64,000 nucleotides of DNA from Candidatus Pacebacteria bacterium GW2011_GWA1_46_10 (GTDB lineage: Bacteria > Patescibacteriota > Microgenomatia > UBA1400 > PJMF01). Both the position numbers and the translations under genes were made by a program. This document shows, in pieces, positions 57,556 through 64,000 of this stretch. Position 1 is the stretch's first letter, and each line of letters opens with the position of its first letter. Under the pieces are notes generated by a model. It ran no database searches. It saw nothing but the letters and a program-made list of their open reading frames with translations, and was not told the origin of the DNA. The stretch covers positions 2,520 through 66,519 of the forward strand of contig LCLP01000002.1 in assembly GCA_001002135.1 (NCBI GenBank). The letters run 5' to 3'.

Positions 57556-59650
57556 CGAACCGCTCCGGGTTGATAAACCACTCCGGCTCAATAATCAGCA
57601 CATCTCCTTGATTAAAAACCGTCTTACCCAGCTGTTCTAAACCAGTTTGATCCAGCCGATAGGTTACCCGCTCTTTGCTGCCAATAAAAATATAGCTCAC
57701 TTGGTATCGAGCCAATAACTCATGAGCTCTCAAACTTTCCGGTTGCTCGTAAATAATCTTCACTTCCTCCGTCCGCAACCGAGGCACAGCTGGTCCGCCG
57801 CGCCACAGCCATTCGTGCGCCCGCCAACCCATCACGGTTGGCAAACCAGCAAAAACCGAGACTCGAGCAAATTGCGTGTAACTATCACCCACCGCCTCCA
57901 GCACCACTGGCCGACCAGCAGTTTGATGACGTAGCCAGAGGATCGCTTCGTACTCATCAGGTGAGGATGTCTGTAACCAAGCCAAGCCATTAAGCCCTGA
58001 TCGAGTACGAAACTGGTCATAGTAGGCCGGGTAGCCTAAAAACGGATAGGTCAAAACCCCCAGGACAAACAAAGCCGTCAAGCTTAACAAAACCAACCGG
58101 CCAACTGCCGGTAAAAACGCTCGCTGACGGGATAAAACTCCAACCAGCCAGCCAATCACGATATTCATCATGATGATCGCTTGAAAAACAAACTTAAACA
58201 TCGTGTTAGCTCGAGGAAAAGTGGGATAAATGTCCTTAAAATAGATCACCTCCGGTAAAACTAGTAATAAAAAAGCCATCAACCCAAGTCCGTAGAGAAA
58301 CACCAGTGGCCAAACAAGCCGTTTTTTCCTTTTCATCATCAGCCAGCCCACCCCCAACGCAGTGGCAGTGAAAACAACGTGTCCGGTCCACAACACCATC
58401 AGCTGCCATAAGGGCGAGCGTTCAGTAACCAGAAAAACTCCTTTAATAATCGAGGTAAAGTTCAACCACCACGGAGCCAGCACGACCACTGCGACTCCCA
58501 CCACATACATCGCCGCTACCAAGAGAGTCCAGACTTTCTTGGTCGATTGCAGTAAAACCATGACGCCCAAGAGAACCAATAACAAACCATAAATCAGCAT
58601 GTCCCAAGTATTCGTCATCCCTAAAACCCCCAACATTACCCCTAACACCACACTCCAGTGAATCAAATCGAGATCGTGCCAAACTCGGTCGAGGACTAAG
58701 TTTTTCGACTCCATCACTTGTCTCAACCAGTGCCAGATTACAAACAGCGTCAACAACACCAGTGGCACTCCCCAAAAATGAGCATGTAAATCACTGACCA
58801 CAAAACTGTAGGCCGGAATTTCATGAATAGCGTGCTCAATCAATCGAGTGACATCTGGGTACCAATACCCCACAAAAGTTTGATTTTTCAGCCAATACCA
58901 AATAGGGTGTGAGTTGCCACCAAACACAATCAGCGCGGCCGTGGTCAAACCAGCCGTGATCAATGGCCAACCACCCACCGCTCGACGAGGGAAAAAGCTT
59001 CGTAAAATTGTCTGTCCAAGGGCAAAACTTTCTAGTAACACCAACCCCATCACCCAGCCCAGTAAAACGTTGAAGCCAATTTCCACCGGTAAATGCCAAA
59101 AGCGCAGTAACAAGCTACCTAAAAAATGACCAAAACTGTAATAATTAACATTCGCCCCGGCCAACCAAAAATCCTCAGCTGGCAAAGTGGGGGAACGTAG
59201 ATAGCCTTGCATTAAACCGGCGTTCATAAACTTTTCCAAATCTAAAACAGCCGGGTGGAAAGTACGCACTAAAGCCAAAAACAACAAGCCAAATAAAAAG
59301 AGAGCTTCTTGAAACACAATCATCCGAGCATGGGTTCGCAGAAAGCGGCGTACATTTTCGCGGGCGCGAATTGGTAGTACACCATACACTCCAACCAATA
59401 ACACCCCCAACAACGACCAAAATCCGACCGTCGTATTGATCGGGATTCCAAGGTGAGCGATCAACCAAATGATTAACCCCAATCCCAACCACCCGATCAC
59501 CCTGCCCCAAGCCCACCATTCTGGTTGAGTTTTCGCCTGACCTAGAAAAGCCAATAACAACGGCAAACCAAGTAATTGAATCAACAGTGAACCAATTCCC
59601 AACAACAGTAAAAAGAGGGCATCACCAAACATACTCCAGCATGATAGCAA
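57545..59650 (-). CDS. DUF2298 (Chlor_Arch_YYY) large polytopic membrane protein
   Basis: About 700 aa with more than 14 TM segments. GANVNYYSFGHFL is a YYY-type motif. Confidence 0.5.
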   Translation of the reverse strand: MLSCWSMFGDALFLLLLGIGSLLIQLLGLPLLLAFLGQAKTQPEWWAWGRVIGWLGLGLIIWLIAHLGIPINTTVGFWSLLGVLLVGVYGVLPIRARENVRRFLRTHARMIVFQEALFLFGLLFLALVRTFHPAVLDLEKFMNAGLMQGYLRSPTLPAEDFWLAGANVNYYSFGHFLGSLLLRFWHLPVEIGFNVLLGWVMGLVLLESFALGQTILRSFFPRRAVGGWPLITAGLTTAALIVFGGNSHPIWYWLKNQTFVGYWYPDVTRLIEHAIHEIPAYSFVVSDLHAHFWGVPLVLLTLFVIWHWLRQVMESKNLVLDRVWHDLDLIHWSVVLGVMLGVLGMTNTWDMLIYGLLLVLLGVMVLLQSTKKVWTLLVAAMYVVGVAVVVLAPWWLNFTSIIKGVFLVTERSPLWQLMVLWTGHVVFTATALGVGWLMMKRKKRLVWPLVFLYGLGLMAFLLLVLPEVIYFKDIYPTFPRANTMFKFVFQAIIMMNIVIGWLVGVLSRQRAFLPAVGRLVLLSLTALFVLGVLTYPFLGYPAYYDQFRTRSGLNGLAWLQTSSPDEYEAILWLRHQTAGRPVVLEAVGDSYTQFARVSVFAGLPTVMGWRAHEWLWRGGPAVPRLRTEEVKIIYEQPESLRAHELLARYQVSYIFIGSKERVTYRLDQTGLEQLGKTVFNQGDVLIIEPEWFINPERFVSD

Positions 59651-59693
59651 ACTTTACCTGACAAAAGCAGTTGATTCTCTCGTCAATTCTTGC

Positions 59694-60956
59694 TCAACGT
59701 AAGGGCAATAGCCACACAGTTTGAGAGAATGCGCTGGTTACTGGTAAACCAATCCAGCGGGGATAGTACAACCAAAAAACCCACACCAAACTGGTCAAGG
59801 CCACGAAAAATGCCGCTTTAAAATAAGGCTTCCCAGCACGCAGATATATTTCATGCCACCAATACGCCAACAGAATCGCGGCAAACGGGGTGGCAGGGGT
59901 GTAATGATAGTAGAAAAGTAAACGGGGACTAGCCAGCCACGGTAAAAAGACGACGGCGAAAATCATCACTACCACACCGAGGGTTTGCGTCAATTTTTTA
60001 CGCTTTGTCCGCCACAATACACTCAACGCAAACCAGACCGCCCCAAATTCAAACCAGGCTAACAAAGGATTATTAAAAGCATAGATATCACTGTTTTCAA
60101 CGCCATGCCAATACCACACCGATGTAAGATTTAGAGGCCACTGCCATGGCACTGATTGATCGGGGTGATTGACCTGAAGCAATAGTTCGTACCGCACAAT
60201 GTTAGTTTGCAACTCAATAAAGTAGCGAAAGTCCTTGCCTTGTAAAAACATTGGGGTAAAGCTAGCCACATACACTACTCCCGGCACCACGATCAATGAA
60301 AAGATTAGCCAAGGTATTTTCTTGAGCGTTCTTTTCTGCAACATTCCCAGCATTTCCCAAATCAGCAAACCAACCAACCAGAAAACCGCTGACCATTTGG
60401 TAGCTAAACCCAAACCACCCAAAATCCCTACTGGCAGCAACCAGGCTGCTCGAGCCGACCGCCGATACCATAAATAGCTCGCTATCGCAGCTAACAACCA
60501 GACAGTAACAAACACATCATTCATCGCCACCCGAGACTGCACTAACCATAACCCGTCTAAACTCAACAGCAGTGCGGCCAGTAAACTGAGTGATATTTTG
60601 CGAAAAGCCAGCTGAGCCACCACAAACACCAATGCCACTCCTATCACCCCAAATACCGCCGAGGGTAGCCGCCAGGCAAAGGCATTATGACCAAACGATT
60701 GAAAAAACAAGGCTTGAATATATTTTGCCAGCGGCGGGTGCAACCAATCATGATTGTCAAAACCGTAAATTGGTCCATGCCACCACTCAAACGCCCGCGG
60801 GTCATTCTCCGCCATCAACCGCACAGCTGGCACGTGATAGCGTTCATCAAAGACAAACTCTGCTGGCAACTCTAAGCGATACAACCGAGTAATCAAAGCA
60901 AACACTCCAATGCCAAACAAGGCAACAAAAGGAAGGAGTGACTGAATACGTTTCAT
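59694..60956 (-). CDS. GT39-family (PMT/ArnT-like) lipid-linked-sugar glycosyltransferase
   Basis: N-terminal loop DE motif (VFDERYH). Polytopic GT-C topology. Start overlaps the tpiA stop (ATGA). Confidence 0.6.
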   Translation of the reverse strand: MKRIQSLLPFVALFGIGVFALITRLYRLELPAEFVFDERYHVPAVRLMAENDPRAFEWWHGPIYGFDNHDWLHPPLAKYIQALFFQSFGHNAFAWRLPSAVFGVIGVALVFVVAQLAFRKISLSLLAALLLSLDGLWLVQSRVAMNDVFVTVWLLAAIASYLWYRRSARAAWLLPVGILGGLGLATKWSAVFWLVGLLIWEMLGMLQKRTLKKIPWLIFSLIVVPGVVYVASFTPMFLQGKDFRYFIELQTNIVRYELLLQVNHPDQSVPWQWPLNLTSVWYWHGVENSDIYAFNNPLLAWFEFGAVWFALSVLWRTKRKKLTQTLGVVVMIFAVVFLPWLASPRLLFYYHYTPATPFAAILLAYWWHEIYLRAGKPYFKAAFFVALTSLVWVFWLYYPRWIGLPVTSAFSQTVWLLPLR

Positions 60957-61666
60957 TTCGCCTTGGGAATACCCAGGGCAGTTTTCAAAACTGTTACAAA
61001 TTGTTTCGCGTCAAGCGAAGCAGTGCTGATAATTGCTCCGTCCGTCACCAAGAGGTATTCACTGATATTCAGCTCATCAACACTGCCGCCGTAGAGAAAC
61101 GGAACCGCACCAAACAACCGTTGCACTTTACTCTGAAATTCCTTAACCTCTGAGAGTGGCACATTATGGCCACTGCCAATTGCCTGAGCAGGTTCATAGG
61201 CCACCAACCACTGACCGTTTAAACCTTCATCCAACGCTGCTGCTTGCGCCTCAACTGTTTGTTGATCAACACAAATGATCGGCGTGATACCGACATCCAG
61301 TGCTTGCTCAATTTTTCTAGCCACTGTCTGCACTGTCTCATGAAAGTAACGGCGCCGTTCAGAATGACCCACCAAAGTATACTTCACCCCCAAACCCTGC
61401 AGATTCACCCCAGAAACCGCTCCATTATATGACCCAGCCGGAAAAGGACTGATATCCTGTACTCCCAACTGCCAACCTAATTTTTCGATCGCCGAGCGCA
61501 GTGGGACAATAAAGGGAAAAGGCGGAGTAAGAGCAATGGTGGTGTCTTTTGGTAGGGAGAAGTCTGGTGGGAAAGCACCGAGCAAATCGTGTACCGTTTG
61601 CAACCACGCTTCAGCCTGAGTAAGTGATTTTTGCGATTTCCAATTCGCCACAATTAATTCCGGCAT
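60953..61666 (-). CDS. tpiA: triosephosphate isomerase
   Basis: ANWK, VGHSERR and AYEPAQAIGSG signatures. Start at MPELIV. Confidence 0.85.
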   Translation of the reverse strand: MPELIVANWKSQKSLTQAEAWLQTVHDLLGAFPPDFSLPKDTTIALTPPFPFIVPLRSAIEKLGWQLGVQDISPFPAGSYNGAVSGVNLQGLGVKYTLVGHSERRRYFHETVQTVARKIEQALDVGITPIICVDQQTVEAQAAALDEGLNGQWLVAYEPAQAIGSGHNVPLSEVKEFQSKVQRLFGAVPFLYGGSVDELNISEYLLVTDGAIISTASLDAKQFVTVLKTALGIPKAK

Positions 61667-61715
61667 ACCGCTTGATCTTATCATCTTCTTAAGACAGAAG
61701 AAAAGGCGTGATAGG

Positions 61716-63635
61716 ATGACGAGCATGAGCCAACTGTTAACCGGCCTTAACAACCAACAGCGAACCGCTGTCCTTCATGAGAGTGGCCCGGCCGTCGTGC
61801 TGGCCGGAGCGGGCAGCGGCAAAACAAAAGTGCTCACCACGCGCGCCGCTTACCTTATCGAGCAAAAAAACATCCGGCCAACAGCCATTATGCTCGTCAC
61901 TTTTACGAATAAAGCCGCCGGCGAAATGAATAAGCGGGTGATGAAACTAACTGGTCAGAAACTTCATTACTCAGGGACGTTTCACAGTTTGTGCGCCAAG
62001 ATTTTGCGCCGCCACGCCCACTCAATTGGCTTAAGCCCTGATTTCACCATCTACGATAGCAGTGACCAGCAAGCCTTAATGAAACAACTGTACCGTCAGC
62101 ATCACTTCGATCCCAAAAAATATAAACCGCAGTTTATCCACGCGCTGATTTCACAAGCCAAAAATGAAATGCTGACTCCTCAAGAGTATGAAGGCTTGGC
62201 TCACGACGCCGTTCAGGAATTCGTCGCCAAAGTGTACCGACTTTACCAACAAGCCTTGCAAAAACAGCAAGCGCTGGATTTTGATGACTTGTTGCTGGAA
62301 ACCGTCCGGCTGTTTCGTGAAGACAAAGCTACCCTGACCACATACCAACAACAGCTTCAACACGTACTGGTTGACGAATACCAAGACACGAATAAAGCAC
62401 AATATTACCTCACCAAATTCTTAGCCGCGCCGCAAAACAACCTCTATGTAGTCGGCGATTTCTCCCAAAGCATTTATGCTTGGCGTGGGGCTGACTACCG
62501 CAACCTAATGAGGTTGAATCAAGATTTCCCAGATTTAAAAGAGTACCGACTCGAAAAAAATTATCGTTCCACCCAAATCATCTTAGACGCGGCCACCCAA
62601 GTCATTTCTCAAAACACCTCTCACCCAGTACTTGATCTTTGGACCGACAATATTACTCAAGAAAAAATCCAAATCATCGAAACCGCTGACGAAGAAACCG
62701 AGGCCGAAAAAATTGCTCAACTCATTCAAACGCAAGTTAGTCTTCACTATCACGACATCGCCATTTTATACCGCACCAACGCGCAGTCGCGACCGTTTGA
62801 AGAAGTGTTTGTCCGTCGGCAAATTCCGTATCAGATTATTGGTGGCATCAAGTTCTACGAACGAGCCGAAATCAAAGATCTTTTGGCATACCTGCGCTGG
62901 AGTGTCAATCCGGCCGATGAAGTCAGTCACGAGCGAGCCGAGAAAAACGGCAAACGGCGACTGCAAAAACTGACCGAGTGGCTCAAAGAACACGCCGACC
63001 AAATCACTGCCTCACCGCCGCTCGACTTACTGCAATACATTCTCAAGACTACTGACTATTTAAAGACTTTCAACGAAGATGACCCACAGGATCTCGCTCG
63101 TATCGAGAACATCCAGGAATTACTCAACACAGCTGCGCGTTTCACCAACGCACAGCAATTTTTGGAAAATGTGGCCCTGGTTCAAGATGGCTATCTGCAT
63201 GACCTAGCTGTCGGCGAGCGGCCAAACGCCGTGTCACTAATGAGCCTACACTCTGCCAAAGGGCTTGAATTTCCGATGGTCTGCATTGTTGGGGCTGAGG
63301 AGGGCTTGCTGCCGCACCAAAAATCACTCTGGGACAAAGCACAAATGGAAGAAGAACGGCGACTTTGTTACGTTGGCATCACCCGCGCCAAAGAGCGGTT
63401 AGTTATCACCTACGCCAGACGGCGCTGGAACTTTGGGCACGTTTCCCACAGCATCCGTAGTCGCTTTTTGTCAGAAATCGCTAAAGATTTAATCCAAGAA
63501 ATCGGCGTTACCAATCCATCCGTCTCCCAACCAATCGCCCGTTCGCAAGCAGCAATCAAAAGGGTCATTGATGATGACACTCTTGATGCTCTCCTTGATG
63601 GCCAAATCGATGCGAAACAATTTCTTGACTCATGA
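61716..63635 (+). CDS. UvrD/PcrA/Rep-family superfamily-1 DNA helicase
   Basis: Walker A AGAGSGKT plus the SF1 motif set (TFTNKAA, VDEYQDTN, YRS, VGITRAKE). Confidence 0.85.
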   Translation: MTSMSQLLTGLNNQQRTAVLHESGPAVVLAGAGSGKTKVLTTRAAYLIEQKNIRPTAIMLVTFTNKAAGEMNKRVMKLTGQKLHYSGTFHSLCAKILRRHAHSIGLSPDFTIYDSSDQQALMKQLYRQHHFDPKKYKPQFIHALISQAKNEMLTPQEYEGLAHDAVQEFVAKVYRLYQQALQKQQALDFDDLLLETVRLFREDKATLTTYQQQLQHVLVDEYQDTNKAQYYLTKFLAAPQNNLYVVGDFSQSIYAWRGADYRNLMRLNQDFPDLKEYRLEKNYRSTQIILDAATQVISQNTSHPVLDLWTDNITQEKIQIIETADEETEAEKIAQLIQTQVSLHYHDIAILYRTNAQSRPFEEVFVRRQIPYQIIGGIKFYERAEIKDLLAYLRWSVNPADEVSHERAEKNGKRRLQKLTEWLKEHADQITASPPLDLLQYILKTTDYLKTFNEDDPQDLARIENIQELLNTAARFTNAQQFLENVALVQDGYLHDLAVGERPNAVSLMSLHSAKGLEFPMVCIVGAEEGLLPHQKSLWDKAQMEEERRLCYVGITRAKERLVITYARRRWNFGHVSHSIRSRFLSEIAKDLIQEIGVTNPSVSQPIARSQAAIKRVIDDDTLDALLDGQIDAKQFLDS

Positions 63636-63719
63636 AAAGTGAGAGAAATCACCGCGCTGACAGCATAAGTCACCGTTCCTCACTGACAACTCCAGGGAAT
63701 ACTTTTATAATCAATCAAT

Positions 63720-64000
63720 ATGCTGATCAGGGCAGTTAGAAATGAGGAGCGGGCAAAGTATGACTCAGTGGTCCAACACCCACTCCAATCCTGGGCTTGG
63801 GGAGAGTTTCGCAAACAAACCGGCGTGGCGGTGGAACGACTCGGCTTTTATGAGAACGGCCAACTCACCCAGGGTCTTCAAACCACTTTTCACCCCATCC
63901 CACTGCTGGGCAAAACCGCCGGCTATGTTCCCAAGGGTTTCGCCCCCAACGAAGATCAATTGGCCGCCCTTAAAACCCTAGGTGAACAACACCATGCTTT
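63720..64000 (+). CDS. FemAB-family peptidoglycan aminoacyl-transferase (5' partial, runs off the window end)
   Basis: Frame read by hand: MLIRAVRNEERAKYDSVVQHPLQSWAWGEFRKQTGVAVERLGFYENGQLTQG...GYVPKGFAP. The LQSWEWGEF-type motif is typical of FemAB. TATAAT sits 8 nt upstream of the ATG. Confidence 0.5.
   Translation, partial: MLIRAVRNEERAKYDSVVQHPLQSWAWGEFRKQTGVAVERLGFYENGQLTQGLQTTFHPIPLLGKTAGYVPKGFAPNEDQLAALKTLGEQHHA

Overview
This 64-kb window is a gene-dense chromosomal region with about 50% GC. It encodes housekeeping functions and shows no transposase, integrase or CRISPR array.

RNA genes:
- a complete 16S rRNA (about 48385..49888). It is followed by a strong intrinsic terminator and then protein-coding genes rather than a 23S, so it appears to be an unlinked 16S.
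- RNase P RNA (rnpB, about 6587..6933).
- nine tRNAs: Glu, Cys, Pro, Leu, Gln, His, Arg, Ile, plus tRNA-like fragments.

Protein-coding content:
- tRNA maturation: tRNA-Cys, miaB, miaA and rnpB lie in a row; mnmA is elsewhere in the window. A bacterial Elp3 homologue sits divergently beside a Trm9/ALKBH8-type methyltransferase.
- DNA repair: uvrB, uvrA and uvrC form a cluster interrupted by a HAD hydrolase and a transglutaminase-like surface protein. recQ, a UvrD/PcrA-family helicase and a frameshifted comM are also present.
- Cell wall: murE, murC, uppP and a partial FemAB-family gene.
- Proteostasis: clpB (preceded by a near-perfect CIRCE operator) and lon.
- SAM cycle: adenosine kinase followed by S-adenosylhomocysteine hydrolase.
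- Central metabolism: pyruvate kinase, triosephosphate isomerase and kbl.
- Membrane glycosylation: a GT39 glycosyltransferase and a DUF2298 protein.

Organism-level signals:
- many genes have a TATAAT-like box only 6-13 nt upstream of the start codon and no Shine-Dalgarno sequence, which suggests leaderless mRNAs.
- the 16S carries mismatches at several universal primer sites.
- together these suggest an uncultivated, possibly CPR/Patescibacteria-like lineage (inference).

Most interesting candidate system: a three-gene module at 43.5-46.7 kb made of a 7TM membrane protein, a RimK-like ATP-grasp ligase and a QEGLA/DUF1704 HExxH protein. This neighbourhood is conserved but has never been characterised functionally.

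Other leads are a second orphan ATP-grasp gene preceded by a 60-aa ORF, a 640-aa protein ending in a RelE/ParE-like domain, and the Elp3-Trm9 pair, which implies eukaryote-type mcm5(s2)U wobble modification.
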